NCBI GenBank assembly: GCA_965199855.1
Contig: OZ241326.1
Location: 2,496,001-2,560,000, forward strand
DNA from: a bacterium
Lineage (GTDB): Bacteria > UBA8248
Length of the DNA: 64,000 nt
Direction of reading: 5' to 3'
The notes below the pieces were generated by a model that was not told where the DNA came from, ran no database searches, and worked only from the letters and a program-made list of their open reading frames with translations. A program made the position numbers and the translations under genes. This document shows, one piece after another, positions 18,978-28,979 of this stretch; the stretch's first letter is position 1, and each line of letters starts with the position of its first letter.

Positions 18978-19940
18978 TCAAGCGTTCTTCGTGACGACGT
19001 TGATGGGCGCGCCCCGGATGAACGCCTCGATGTTCGCCACCGGCATGTCCCGGAATCTGGCGCATGTCCCGTCCGTCATCCACGCGGAGTGCGGCGTGAT
19101 GACGACGTTCTCCAGAGCGCGATAGGGCGAATCCTCCGGCAGGGGCTCGAACGGCTCGAAAACGTCGAGACCGGCTCCGGCGATGCGCCCCTCCCGCAAG
19201 GCGTCGAGCAGCGCCTCCTCGTCCACGATCCGGGCGCGCGAGGTGTTGATGAAATACGCCGTCTCCTTCATCCGGGCGAATCTCTGGCGCGACATGAAGG
19301 GCGCGGCGCCCGCCGGCGAATGCAGGTGGAGCGACACCACGTCGGAGGCGAGGCATTCATCGACGGAAGCGGCCTCCGCCCCTTCGGCCCGCGCGCGCTC
19401 GGGCGTCATCGAAGGCGAGCAGGCGGCCACCCGCATCCCGAAGCCCAGCGCCATGCGGCAAACCAGGCGGCCGATGCGTCCGAAGCCGACGAGGCCCAGC
19501 GTCTTTCCGGCGAGCTCGATTCCCTGAACCTGCGGCCACTCGCCCGCGCGCATGGCGGGGAGGGTGAGCGGCATTCGCTTCGCCAGCGTCAGGATGAGCA
19601 TCATCGTATGCTCGGCGACCGAGGCGGCGCTCGCCGCGGGCGTCACGCTCACCACGACGCCGCGCTCGTTGGCGCGGTTCATGTCGATCATGCGCGGGCG
19701 CGTGCCCATCACGGAAATCATCCTGAGACGGGGGACGTGATCCAGCAAATCGGTCGTCTTGAAGTCGGTCTGATACCGCGTCGTCAAAATGATTTCCGCG
19801 TCCCCGAGGCGCTCTCGGAGCGCCTCTTCGCTTTCGGCGACGTCCGCGTGGCACCGAACCTCGCCCAAGGCGCGAAGCCGCTCCAAGGCCCCGGAATTTT
19901 CAAACAGGAGGAAGCGGTCGTCGGGAATGACGATTCGCAT
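18978..19940 (-). CDS. D-2-hydroxyacid dehydrogenase family protein
   Basis: GLVGFGRIG, INTSRA, GLDVF and TPH motifs. Confidence 0.88.
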   Translation of the reverse strand: MRIVIPDDRFLLFENSGALERLRALGEVRCHADVAESEEALRERLGDAEIILTTRYQTDFKTTDLLDHVPRLRMISVMGTRPRMIDMNRANERGVVVSVTPAASAASVAEHTMMLILTLAKRMPLTLPAMRAGEWPQVQGIELAGKTLGLVGFGRIGRLVCRMALGFGMRVAACSPSMTPERARAEGAEAASVDECLASDVVSLHLHSPAGAAPFMSRQRFARMKETAYFINTSRARIVDEEALLDALREGRIAGAGLDVFEPFEPLPEDSPYRALENVVITPHSAWMTDGTCARFRDMPVANIEAFIRGAPINVVTKNA

Positions 19941-19950
19941 GAGCGGAGAA

Positions 19951-21030
19951 TCAGTCGTCGCTCACGAGGACGACCGCCGATTTGTCGATGGTGAGCTTCA
20001 CCCTGCTACCCACGCTGAAGAACTCGTGCGGATCGCCGATGACGCGAAGCGGCTCTTCCAGGCCCGCCACCTTGACGAGATAATCCACCGTGCTGCCGAA
20101 GTAGTAGCCGCGCGTCACCTCTCCCTCGATGAGGTTCTGGCCGTCCGCGCCGCCCACGTCGGCGTCCCGGGGGTGGACCTGAATGCGGTGGGGCCGTATC
20201 GAGACGAGGCCGCCCTCTTTTCCGCCGTCGGAACCCATTTTGAATTTCGCGCCGCTTGCGGCCTCGAAAAGACCCGGGGCGCTCACTCTCCCCTGAATCG
20301 AGTTGGTCACGCCCACGAACTCCGCGACGAACCTCGTCGCCGGAAGATCGTATATCTCCGAGGGTCTGCCCAGCTGCTCGATCTTTCCGCTGTTCATGAC
20401 GCAGATTCTGTCGCTGGTGACCATCGCCTCGGCCTGATCGTGGGTCACGTAGATGCTCGTGATGTTGAACTCGTCGTGCAGGCGCCTGATCTCGAAGCGC
20501 ATCTCCTCGCGCAGGTTGGCGTCGAGGTTCGAGAGCGGCTCGTCGAGCAGCAGGACGGCCGGCTCGACCACCAGAGCGCGCGCCAGCGCCACGCGCTGCT
20601 GCTGGCCGCCCGAAAGCTCCCCCGGATACCGCGAGCCCAGGTGATCCATCTGCACGATGGAGAGCAGGCTCTTCACCCGCCTGTCCGCCTCGGCGCCCGT
20701 TATGCCGCGGAACTTCAGGCCGTAGCCCACGTTCTGCGACACCGTCTTGTGGGGCCAGATGGCGTAGCTCTGGAAGATCATGCTCATGTTGCGGCGCTCG
20801 GGCGGAATGACGCTCGCGCTGTCCGACACGACCTCGCCGTCCATGACGATCTCGCCGGCGTTGGGCTCGATGAAGCCGGCCACGAGCCGCAGGGTGGTCG
20901 TCTTGCCGCAGCCCGACGGCCCCAGCAGGGAGATCAGCTCCCCGTGTTCGATGTGGAGGTCTATCTCGTCCACCGCGCGAACGTCCGAGCCGAATATCTT
21001 CAGCAGACCCTTCAAATCCAGAACAGCCAA
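19951..21030 (-). CDS. ABC transporter ATP-binding protein (FbpC/PotA type)
   Basis: GPSGCGKT, LSGGQQQR, LLLDEP and a TOBE-like C-terminus. Confidence 0.93.
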   Translation of the reverse strand: MAVLDLKGLLKIFGSDVRAVDEIDLHIEHGELISLLGPSGCGKTTTLRLVAGFIEPNAGEIVMDGEVVSDSASVIPPERRNMSMIFQSYAIWPHKTVSQNVGYGLKFRGITGAEADRRVKSLLSIVQMDHLGSRYPGELSGGQQQRVALARALVVEPAVLLLDEPLSNLDANLREEMRFEIRRLHDEFNITSIYVTHDQAEAMVTSDRICVMNSGKIEQLGRPSEIYDLPATRFVAEFVGVTNSIQGRVSAPGLFEAASGAKFKMGSDGGKEGGLVSIRPHRIQVHPRDADVGGADGQNLIEGEVTRGYYFGSTVDYLVKVAGLEEPLRVIGDPHEFFSVGSRVKLTIDKSAVVLVSDD

Positions 21031-21048
21031 TGGAAGCCTCCCTCTCCT

Positions 21049-22794
21049 CTATCCGGCGGACCGCATGAAGTCCCTGCCCACCAGCCGGAAGCCGGCCGCA
21101 ATCGCCGCCAGGGTGATGAGCAGCAGCAAGACCCCCAGGGCCGAGATGGGCCCCAGCAGCGATTCCTCGTAGAAATCGACGATGACCACCGAGATGACCT
21201 TCGTGTTCGTCGTCCACAGCAGCACCGAGGCGCTCAGCTCCCGAAGCGAGGGCATGAACACCAGAATCCACGACGCGATGACGCCCGTCTTGAACAGGGG
21301 CACCGTCACGTCCTTGAACACCTGGAGCCGGTTCGCGCCCATGATGCGGCAGCTCTCCTCGAGCTCCGGGTGGATGCTCGTGAGCGCCGCGTTCGAGGTC
21401 TGATACGCCAGAGGCAGGTATTTGGTGAGGTAGGCCAGGAACATGATCCACAGCGTGCCGTAGAGCACGAAGGGCTGCTTCGTGTAGGCCGCGAAGAGGC
21501 CCACCGCCAGAACGATGCCGGGAATCCCGATGGGCGCGGTCGCCATGAACCCCAGATACTGATGCCCCTTGATGAGCTGGCGCTGGGCGATGAAGGCGGA
21601 GATCGCGGCCACGATGGTGGCGCCCGTCGCCGCCATGACGGCCAGGAGGATCGTGTTGTAAATCGCCACCCGCACCGCGTCGTTCGTCAGGATGAAATGA
21701 TAATTCCACAAAGTGAAGTTCGCCCAGTTCAGCCCCCCGCCCAGATTCTTCATGAACGACGTGGTGAGCAGGGACAGCGCGGGCAACACGATCGCGCACA
21801 CGAGCGGCAGCAGGCACACGAGAAACAGCGGGATTCGCCAGGCGCCCAGCTTCTGTGGGCGCCTCTGCCCCCCCTTGCCGCCGACGGTGGCGTAGCCCCT
21901 TCGCCCGAGAATCACGCCCCGGGTCCAGACCATGCAGATCGCCACGACGAGCATGGGCATCGCGTAGGCGGAGGCCAGACCGAGCAGATCGTCTTCGGAG
22001 ACCATGAAGGCGCGGAGCTGGGTCGTCATCGTGTGCTGGCCGGCGGGAATCGACAGAACGGCCGGGATGCCGAAAAGAATCATCGCCTCGAGCGCCGCCA
22101 GAATGAAGCCCGCGAAAAGCGAGGGCGCCACGAGCGGCAGGGTAATGCTGAACATCGTGTGGAAGGTGCCGCCGCCCGCCACGTTGGCCGCGTCCTCCAC
22201 GTCCGAGGAGATGTTGTTGAGGCCGGAGAGGACGACGATGAATACGAGGGGGAACGTGTAGAGCGACATGGCGAACACGACGCCCTTCATCGTGAAGATG
22301 TCGAACAGATAGAACTCGCCGCTCAGGCCGAACACCCAGCGAATCAGCTTGTTCAGCCACCCTTCGTTTCTTCCGGCCAGGAATATCCAGGCGATGGCGC
22401 CCAGGAAGGGCGGGGTGACGAACGACGCCAGGATGCCGTTCCGAATCAGGTTCGGGAAGGGAACGTCCGTCCGGCTGACCATCCAGGCCATCACGGCCCC
22501 CACCACCAGGGAGATGACGCCGACCGAAATGGCGAGCATGATCGTGATGTACATCGGCTTGTAGTATTCCGACGTCTGAAAGGCGTCGAAATAATTCTGG
22601 AGCGTGAAGCCGCCGGCCTCGTCCTCGGAGACGAAGAAGCTCTCCTTGAAAAGCTGGAAGATGGGATTCGCCACCAGGATGATCAACAGGATGAAGATCA
22701 CCACCCAGACGATGGCGGTGTAGTCGAATTTCCTGGCGGCCGAGGGGGCGCCGCCGGGGATCGCTCCCGGAAGCCGCTCTGCGTCCTGCGTCAT
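21049..22794 (-). CDS. ABC transporter permease (FbpB type, duplicated TM domains)
   Basis: Many TM helices and two EAA-like loops (VEDAANVAGG, LEESCRIMGA). Confidence 0.9.
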   Translation of the reverse strand: MTQDAERLPGAIPGGAPSAARKFDYTAIVWVVIFILLIILVANPIFQLFKESFFVSEDEAGGFTLQNYFDAFQTSEYYKPMYITIMLAISVGVISLVVGAVMAWMVSRTDVPFPNLIRNGILASFVTPPFLGAIAWIFLAGRNEGWLNKLIRWVFGLSGEFYLFDIFTMKGVVFAMSLYTFPLVFIVVLSGLNNISSDVEDAANVAGGGTFHTMFSITLPLVAPSLFAGFILAALEAMILFGIPAVLSIPAGQHTMTTQLRAFMVSEDDLLGLASAYAMPMLVVAICMVWTRGVILGRRGYATVGGKGGQRRPQKLGAWRIPLFLVCLLPLVCAIVLPALSLLTTSFMKNLGGGLNWANFTLWNYHFILTNDAVRVAIYNTILLAVMAATGATIVAAISAFIAQRQLIKGHQYLGFMATAPIGIPGIVLAVGLFAAYTKQPFVLYGTLWIMFLAYLTKYLPLAYQTSNAALTSIHPELEESCRIMGANRLQVFKDVTVPLFKTGVIASWILVFMPSLRELSASVLLWTTNTKVISVVIVDFYEESLLGPISALGVLLLLITLAAIAAGFRLVGRDFMRSAG

Positions 22795-22933
22795 GTCCGC
22801 GTCTTTCCTTTCCGGCGTTCAGCCGCCGCCGAAAAACGCCTTCCGCCGAAGCATCCGCCCCGGCGAAGCAAAGCGAAGAGGCGGGAGCGGCCTCCCGATT
22901 TCGCACGAGAAGCCGCCCCCGCCCGTCATGCTC

Positions 22934-23947
22934 CTACACGCCGAATATCTTCTTGAACCTCTTGCGCGTCGGCTTGTTCTTCTTCTTCAGTTCGTTCCCG
23001 TCGATGGCCATCAGGTTGATGTCCTTGAGCGCGGGCAGCGCCTTGGGATACTTCACGTCGGGGTTGCCCACGTACAGGAAGTAGTTCGCCAGAAGCTGCA
23101 TGGTCTCCAGACTGAACAGGTAGTCGGTGAACACGCGAGCGGCGTTGGGGTTCGGCGCTTTCGTGAATACGCCGTTGGGCGAGGTCACCAGCGCCAGACC
23201 CGCCGGGGGAACGATGGGCTTGAGCGGCTCGCCGCCCTGTATCTTACTGAGCAGCGAGTAGGAGGTCGTGCCCGCGCCCAGCCAGAGCTCCCCGCGCGCG
23301 ACGAGCGGAATGCTGCCGGCGGCGGACTGCACGATCTTGGGCTCCTGCTTCGCCAGCTTCTCGTAGTAGCCCCAGCCGAACTTGTTGACGATGTTGATCA
23401 TGCCGTTCGTGACGAACCCGCTGTAGCTCGGGTGCGAGTGAACGATTTTGCCCTTCCATCTCGGGTCGAGGAAATCCTTGTAGGTCTTGGGGGCGTCCTT
23501 CGCGCTGATCTTCTTGGTGTTGTAGAAGGGCATCAGCACGCCGGCGCGGAGAATCGTCCAGTAGTTGTCCTTGGTCACGAACGCGGGGTTGAAGTTGCCG
23601 GTTCCGGCCGGCTTGTAGGGCGTGATGATCTTCTTGGCTTTGAGGTTCAGGAAGTGGCCCAGGTTCGACGTGTGGAGGACGTCCGCGACGTAGATGCCGC
23701 CCTTGCGCTCCTGAAGATACCGGCGATAGAGCTTGCCCGAGCCGTCGCGGTGAAGGACGCACTGAACCCCCATCTTCTTCTTGTTGAAGCGGTTGCAGAT
23801 GTCCTGCGCGATGTTCAGCGTGATGGAGGAATACCAGGTGACCTTCCCCTCCTTCTTCGCGGCGCGCATGGTGGCCTCGTCCGCGGCGAACGCGGGCGCG
23901 CTCAGCAAGGCCGCCGCCATGAAGCCGGTGATGATTCCTTTCCGCAT
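22934..23947 (-). CDS. ABC transporter periplasmic solute-binding protein (AfuA/FbpA-like)
   Basis: Signal peptide MRKGIITGFMAAALLSAPAFA, AAKKEGKVTWYSS, DFLDPRWKG and APNPNAARVF. Confidence 0.88.
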   Translation of the reverse strand: MRKGIITGFMAAALLSAPAFAADEATMRAAKKEGKVTWYSSITLNIAQDICNRFNKKKMGVQCVLHRDGSGKLYRRYLQERKGGIYVADVLHTSNLGHFLNLKAKKIITPYKPAGTGNFNPAFVTKDNYWTILRAGVLMPFYNTKKISAKDAPKTYKDFLDPRWKGKIVHSHPSYSGFVTNGMINIVNKFGWGYYEKLAKQEPKIVQSAAGSIPLVARGELWLGAGTTSYSLLSKIQGGEPLKPIVPPAGLALVTSPNGVFTKAPNPNAARVFTDYLFSLETMQLLANYFLYVGNPDVKYPKALPALKDINLMAIDGNELKKKNKPTRKRFKKIFGV

Positions 23948-24131
23948 TTTTCCTCTCCTTCCGTTGATCGTGTGGCGGCGGGCGCGAGGCGCGGAAAATC
24001 CCGTCCCCGCTCGCGCGAGAGCATAGTCCTCCTGCCCGCCAGTCATCCAGCGTGTCGCGGCTTTTGAAAAGGTATGGAGAAGCATATCAAAATCGGCCGC
24101 ATCGTCAAGCGCGCAATTTCGCCGCGAGGCA

Positions 24132-25415
24132 TTATGCGCGGCTCCGCGCGAATTCCTCCTCCGCGTCCTTCGGCCCGTCCCCGGCGGCGAGACGCCTCGC
24201 GACGCAGATGGTGGCGAGCGCGCCCAGCATCGCCGCCGCGCCCGGGCCGACGAAGGCCCAGCTCCAGTTCACGGGCAGAAGTTCCCCGCCCCCCGAATCG
24301 CCGCTCATGTCCAGGAATTTTCCCACGACCATGGGGGAGAGGGAGCCGAGCAGAAAGCCCAGGCCGGACTGGATTCCCAGCGCCGAGCCGAGATAGCGCC
24401 TGGGCGCGAGCTCCGCGGTCAGCACCACGAGGACGGGGGCGTCCACGTGCATCGCTATCACCCAGATCAGGCACAGCGCCTGGAGGACCCAGAAAGGCGC
24501 CCCGAAGGCCAGACCGATGGAAGCCGAAACCAGGCCGCTCAGAAAAAGACTCCAGATGATGGTGGGCGGGCGGCCGATGCGATCGGCGCACCAGCCGCCG
24601 ATGAGCTTCGAGACCGCGCTCAGACCGATGATCAGGGCGGCGGACGAGGAGGCGGCGCGCAGGGCGCTCTCGCGCGTCTCCTCCCCCGTCACCATCAGCG
24701 AGGCCGCCAGAAAGGTGACGATCCATCCACGGAACGCGAACACCTCCCATCGGTGCGCGCCCGCGACTCCCATCAGCGCCCACGCGGGCGCGGGCAGTCT
24801 CGGGAATTCAAAGCCTTTGTCCTCGCGGCCCCTCGGCGCGGGCAGCTTCGGGAGCAGGAACGCCATGGCCGAGAACCCGACCGCCGGCCCCAGAGACGTC
24901 AGCGCGAACGCGGCGCGCCACTCGTAATGCGGGACGAGCGCGCCCGTCGCGTAAATCGAGACGGCGACTCCCACGGTGTAGAAAAACGTATAGACCCCCA
25001 CCATGCGGGCGCGTCCGCCCGCCGGGGCGTATTCCGCCACCAGCCTCAGGGCGGGAGCGTAGGTTCCGGCCAGTCCCACCCCCGTGAGTCCCCGGAGCAA
25101 CGCCGCGCTCGCGAAGCCCTCGGCCAAGAGCGGGAACATGAGATTCAGGAGCGCCAGCCAAAGGCTCGAGGCCAGATATATCCTCTTCGCGCTCATGTAG
25201 TCCGTCGCCGTCGCCAGCGCCGCCGAGGCGAGGATGTAGCCCGCGTAAAACGCCGTATAAATCGCGCCCGCCTGCGCGTTGGTGAGGCTCCATTCCGCCT
25301 TGAGCAGCGGCAGGGCCGCCACGTAGTTCGCATACACGAGCATCACGGGCACCTGCGCCGCGCAGAGCGCCCAGAGCCATCGGTTCGACGGCGCGCGGAG
25401 CGCCTGCTCCCGCAT
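24132..25415 (-). CDS. MFS transporter
   Basis: Multi-TM pattern and GGWCADRIGR motif A. Start placed at ATG 25415. Confidence 0.85.
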   Translation of the reverse strand: MREQALRAPSNRWLWALCAAQVPVMLVYANYVAALPLLKAEWSLTNAQAGAIYTAFYAGYILASAALATATDYMSAKRIYLASSLWLALLNLMFPLLAEGFASAALLRGLTGVGLAGTYAPALRLVAEYAPAGGRARMVGVYTFFYTVGVAVSIYATGALVPHYEWRAAFALTSLGPAVGFSAMAFLLPKLPAPRGREDKGFEFPRLPAPAWALMGVAGAHRWEVFAFRGWIVTFLAASLMVTGEETRESALRAASSSAALIIGLSAVSKLIGGWCADRIGRPPTIIWSLFLSGLVSASIGLAFGAPFWVLQALCLIWVIAMHVDAPVLVVLTAELAPRRYLGSALGIQSGLGFLLGSLSPMVVGKFLDMSGDSGGGELLPVNWSWAFVGPGAAAMLGALATICVARRLAAGDGPKDAEEEFARSRA

Positions 25416-25560
25416 GAAAGCCTCCTTCGCCAGGGGACGGGAAGATGATAAGGGATTCGCGGTTCTCTGACGAGAGAGGAGCGCTCCCCCTCCGACTACC
25501 CGAAGGCGGGCGTTCTGATATATTCTTGCATTTTCCCGATTCTTTTTCCGGAGTGCGCCG

Positions 25561-26439
25561 ATGCCCGCACCCGTCATCGACTTCAGGGTCTCCTGCCCCG
25601 TCCCCGAGGGGCTGAACAGATACCTGAAGCCCGAGGGCCGCTTCGCCGACTACGCCAGGCACTACGGCGAGCGGGTGTATGGCGGCAAGGCGGAATACGG
25701 CTGCATGGAGCCGGCCGCGTTCGTCGCCTTTCTGGACGAGCAGGGGGTGGACAAGGCGCTCGTCAAGGCCTCCGACATGACGACGATCTCGGGGACGAAG
25801 TTTCCCGCCCGCGTTCTGCACGAATACATCAGGGACCACCCCGACCGCCTCATCGGAACGGCCGGGTGCGACCCCTTCCGGGGCATGGACGCGGTGCGCG
25901 ATCTGGAGCGCGACGTGAGAGACTATGGACTAAAGGGCGTGAACATGGGGCCTTGGGAGCTCGGCCTCTACGCGAACGACAAGAAATTCTACCCCATCTA
26001 CGCCAAGTGCGTGGAGCTGGACGTTCCCGTTCTGCTTCACACGTCCATGAATCTTTCGAGCTCGAACCTGCTCGACTTCGGGCGGCCGATTTATCTGGAC
26101 GAGGTGGCGAGGGATTTTCCCGAGCTTCGCGTCGTGGCGGTGCACGGGGGCTGGCCCTGGATCGCCGAGATGATCGCCGTGAGCTGGCGCCATCCCAATC
26201 TGTATATCGAAATCAGCGGAACGATGCCCGGATACATCGCCGCCCCCGGCAGCGGATGGGAGCCTCTGATTCGCTACGGAGGCTCCGTGCTCAAGAACAA
26301 GATTCTCTGGGCCTCGAACTGGCCGATGATCAGCCCGAAGGAGAGCCTGGCCGAATTCGACAAGTTCCCGCTCAGGGACGACGTGAAAGAGCGCTGGTTC
26401 GGCGGAAACGCCCTGCGCGTCCTGGGGCTGGAAGCGTAA
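25561..26439 (+). CDS. Amidohydrolase_2 family metal-dependent hydrolase
   Basis: YPIYAKCVELDVPVLLHT, FPELRVVAVHGGWPW and ILWASNWP motifs. Confidence 0.88.
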   Translation: MPAPVIDFRVSCPVPEGLNRYLKPEGRFADYARHYGERVYGGKAEYGCMEPAAFVAFLDEQGVDKALVKASDMTTISGTKFPARVLHEYIRDHPDRLIGTAGCDPFRGMDAVRDLERDVRDYGLKGVNMGPWELGLYANDKKFYPIYAKCVELDVPVLLHTSMNLSSSNLLDFGRPIYLDEVARDFPELRVVAVHGGWPWIAEMIAVSWRHPNLYIEISGTMPGYIAAPGSGWEPLIRYGGSVLKNKILWASNWPMISPKESLAEFDKFPLRDDVKERWFGGNALRVLGLEA

Positions 26440-26452
26440 CCGCCCCCGGGAG

Positions 26453-26485
26453 AAAAAAGGACGGGGGCAGCCGCCCCCGCCTTTT
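26453..26485. terminator. Bidirectional intrinsic terminator between the convergent amidohydrolase and dapA
   Basis: AAAAAAGG-A-CGGGGGC-AGCC-GCCCCCG-CCTTTT hairpin with A and T tracts on the two sides. Confidence 0.7.
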
Positions 26486-26511
26486 CGCTCACCGCGTTCG
26501 ACTGCGCCTTC

Positions 26512-27402
26512 TCAGGTCGCCACCGCCTCCCCGATCAGGCCGTATTCCCTGACGAACGCCTCCAGCCGCTTCATGTTGGCGTCCGAGGGCGGGCAGAGCG
26601 GCAGCCTGTATTCCAGGGCGATGCGCCCCATGATCGCCAGCGCCGCCTTCGCCGGAATCGGGTTCGTCTCGCAGAACATCATGTGGTTGAGCTCCCACAT
26701 CCCGTAGTGCAGCTCCCTGGCCCTGGCGGCGTCTCCGTCGAGTTGGGCCTGGCACATCCCGGCCACGTCGGCGGGCGCCACGTTCGCGGTCACCGAAATC
26801 GTGCCCACGGCGCCCATCGCCATCATGGGCAGCGTGACGAAGTCGTCCCCCGAAAGCACGATGAAATCCTCCGGGACGCGGGAGATGATGTCGCAGCAGT
26901 TCGCCAGACTCCCGGTCGCCTCCTTGATTCCCACGACGTTGGGAATCTCCGCGAGGCGCGCCACCGTGTCGGGGGCGATTGGAACGACCGTGCGGCCGGG
27001 CACGTTGTAGAGAACGACGGGGATGTCCGCCGATTCCGCGATGGCGCGAAAATGCCGATACAGCCCCTCCTGCGTCGGCTTGTTGTAGTAGGGCGCCACC
27101 AGGAGCGCGCCGTCCGCGCCGGCGCGCATGGCGAACTTCGTGCGTTGCACGGCCTCCGCCGTGCTGTTCGAGCCCGAGCCGGCGATGACGGGGATCCTCC
27201 CGCCGACCTGCTCGATCACGAGCTCCACCACCCGGTCGTGCTCGTCATGGCTCAGCGTGGCGGACTCTCCGGTGGTGCCGCACGCCACGATGCCGCGCGT
27301 TCCGTTTTCCACGTGAAATTCCACCAGCGAGCGAACGCCCCCTTCGTCGAGTTTGCCGTCGCGGAACGGGGTGACCATCGCGACGTAAGAGCCCTTGAAC
27401 AT
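26512..27402 (-). CDS. dapA: 4-hydroxy-tetrahydrodipicolinate synthase
   Basis: GTTGES, PYYNKPTQEG, LYNVPGRT, IKEA, SGDD and ETNPIP motifs. Confidence 0.95.
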   Translation of the reverse strand: MFKGSYVAMVTPFRDGKLDEGGVRSLVEFHVENGTRGIVACGTTGESATLSHDEHDRVVELVIEQVGGRIPVIAGSGSNSTAEAVQRTKFAMRAGADGALLVAPYYNKPTQEGLYRHFRAIAESADIPVVLYNVPGRTVVPIAPDTVARLAEIPNVVGIKEATGSLANCCDIISRVPEDFIVLSGDDFVTLPMMAMGAVGTISVTANVAPADVAGMCQAQLDGDAARARELHYGMWELNHMMFCETNPIPAKAALAIMGRIALEYRLPLCPPSDANMKRLEAFVREYGLIGEAVAT

Positions 27403-27530
27403 GAGGAGACCTCCTTCTTCCTCCGCTCATCGCGGAAAAAAAGAATCTCAAGCCCCGCCTTCATCATGGGGCGCGCATGACGCAACCGCCACGGCGAACA
27501 TGAGCGTTCCACAACCTCCCGATGGCGTCC

Positions 27531-27559
27531 ATCCTATCAAAGCGGCCCATGAGACGCAA
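27531..27559 (-). promoter_or_regulatory. Putative sigma70 promoter of dapA
   Basis: Minus strand reads TTGCGT-17 bp-TAGGAT. Confidence 0.5.
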
Positions 27560-27666
27560 GAAACGGAATTGCGCCGCATCCGGCATGAAGCGCCCGCATT
27601 CCGCCCGTCGCGGGGCGAACGGCCCGGCGGGACGCCCCTTTTCTGCCGCCCCGCAATACTTTTGTT

Positions 27667-27695
27667 TTGACAAGCGAATAAAAAAATTGTAATGT
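27667..27695 (+). promoter_or_regulatory. Putative sigma70 promoter of the D,D-carboxypeptidase gene
   Basis: TTGACA-17 bp-TAATGT inside an AT-rich patch. Confidence 0.6.
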
Positions 27696-27779
27696 TGTTG
27701 AAATTCAACGGGTTGAGTTGACATATCAAGAAATTTCTTGAAAAACTCGCCCGAACCGCCCGGATTCCAGGGAGAAACC

Positions 27780-28976
27780 ATGCCACCTGCCCTGAACCCT
27801 CATCGGCGATTCCAATCCGTCGTCCTCGCGCTGTTCGCGTTCGCGCTTCTCCTCTCGTTCGGCGCCGATTCGGCCTCCGCGCGAAAAAAGAGAGCCCGAA
27901 AGAAGGTCGTCCCCTATCGCTCCATCCTGCTGCTCGACGCGAATACCGGGCGCGTCCTGAAATCGCGCAACGCGCGCTATGGCGCGAGGCCCGCCTCCAT
28001 CGTCAAGATGATGACGTCGCTTCTCGCCATGGAGCACGTCAGGAAAGGCGCCGCCAGCCTCGATGACGTCATCGCCACCAGCAGGCGCGCCTCCCGAATC
28101 GGGGGCCAGCAGGTGTATCTGAAGCAGGGCGAAAAGTTTCGCCTGAGAGACCTGATGAAGTCCGTCATCATCAGCTCCGCGAACGATTCCTCCTACGCCG
28201 TGGCGGAGCACGTCGCCGGAGACGCCGAAGCCTTCATCGAGATGATGAACCTGCGCGCCGAGGAACTCGGCATGACGGACACCCGCTTCGTCAACGTCAA
28301 CGGCCTGCCCGAGCGAAGGGGAAAGCCGGGCAACCGGATGAGCGCGCGCGACGCCGGCATCCTCGCCCGCGAACTGCTGAAATATCCGCTGATCATGAAG
28401 TGGAGCTCCACCCCAAGCGCCCCGTTCCGCAACGGAGAATTCACCCTCACCAACACGAACCGCCTCCTGGGGCGGTTTCGCGGCATGGACGGCCTGAAGA
28501 CGGGCTATCACAAAAAGGCGGGGTTCAGCATCGTCGCCACGGCGAAGCGCAGAAACCTGCGGCTCATCGCCGTCGTCATGGGTTCGAGCCATTCCAAGCG
28601 CCGCTTCAGGGAGGCCAGGCGTCTGCTCGCCTGGGGCTTCGCCCAATACCGCTGGGTCGACGCCTGGAAGCAAGGGAAATGGAAGCCGCGGCCTGTCGCG
28701 GTGCTCGGCGGCCACAAACGGACGCTTCGCCTACAGCCGAAGGGAGAAGTGAAGGCGCTGGTGCGGCGCGGCGAGGAGAAGCGCATTTCCATGAAGGCGG
28801 AACTGCCCGAGGCCGTCGCCGCGCCCGTCCGCGCCGGCCAGAAGGTGGGCCGCGTCGTCTATGAATTCGGCGGAAGCAAACTGGGCGAAATCACGCTCGT
28901 GGCGGCCGAGCCGGTGAAGAAGCTGGGCTTTTTCCAGTCCCTGATGCGGCTCTCGGTTCGCGGCGGCGAGAAATGA
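27780..28976 (+). CDS. D-alanyl-D-alanine carboxypeptidase (peptidase S11, PBP5/6-like)
   Basis: SxxK (ASIVK), SxN (SAND) and KTG motifs, signal peptide, PBP5 C-terminal domain. Confidence 0.92.
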   Translation: MPPALNPHRRFQSVVLALFAFALLLSFGADSASARKKRARKKVVPYRSILLLDANTGRVLKSRNARYGARPASIVKMMTSLLAMEHVRKGAASLDDVIATSRRASRIGGQQVYLKQGEKFRLRDLMKSVIISSANDSSYAVAEHVAGDAEAFIEMMNLRAEELGMTDTRFVNVNGLPERRGKPGNRMSARDAGILARELLKYPLIMKWSSTPSAPFRNGEFTLTNTNRLLGRFRGMDGLKTGYHKKAGFSIVATAKRRNLRLIAVVMGSSHSKRRFREARRLLAWGFAQYRWVDAWKQGKWKPRPVAVLGGHKRTLRLQPKGEVKALVRRGEEKRISMKAELPEAVAAPVRAGQKVGRVVYEFGGSKLGEITLVAAEPVKKLGFFQSLMRLSVRGGEK

Positions 28977-28979
28977 AGC

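Noticed and set aside
19789-22956. 1055-aa plus-strand ORF and 966-aa alternative-frame minus ORF
   Set aside because: Shadow frames of the ABC transporter genes, with biased Arg/Ala/Gly/His composition.
27403-27660. Lysine riboswitch upstream of dapA
   Set aside because: No recognisable L-box conserved segments or terminator by eye, and the leader after the predicted promoter is short. An Rfam scan would settle it.
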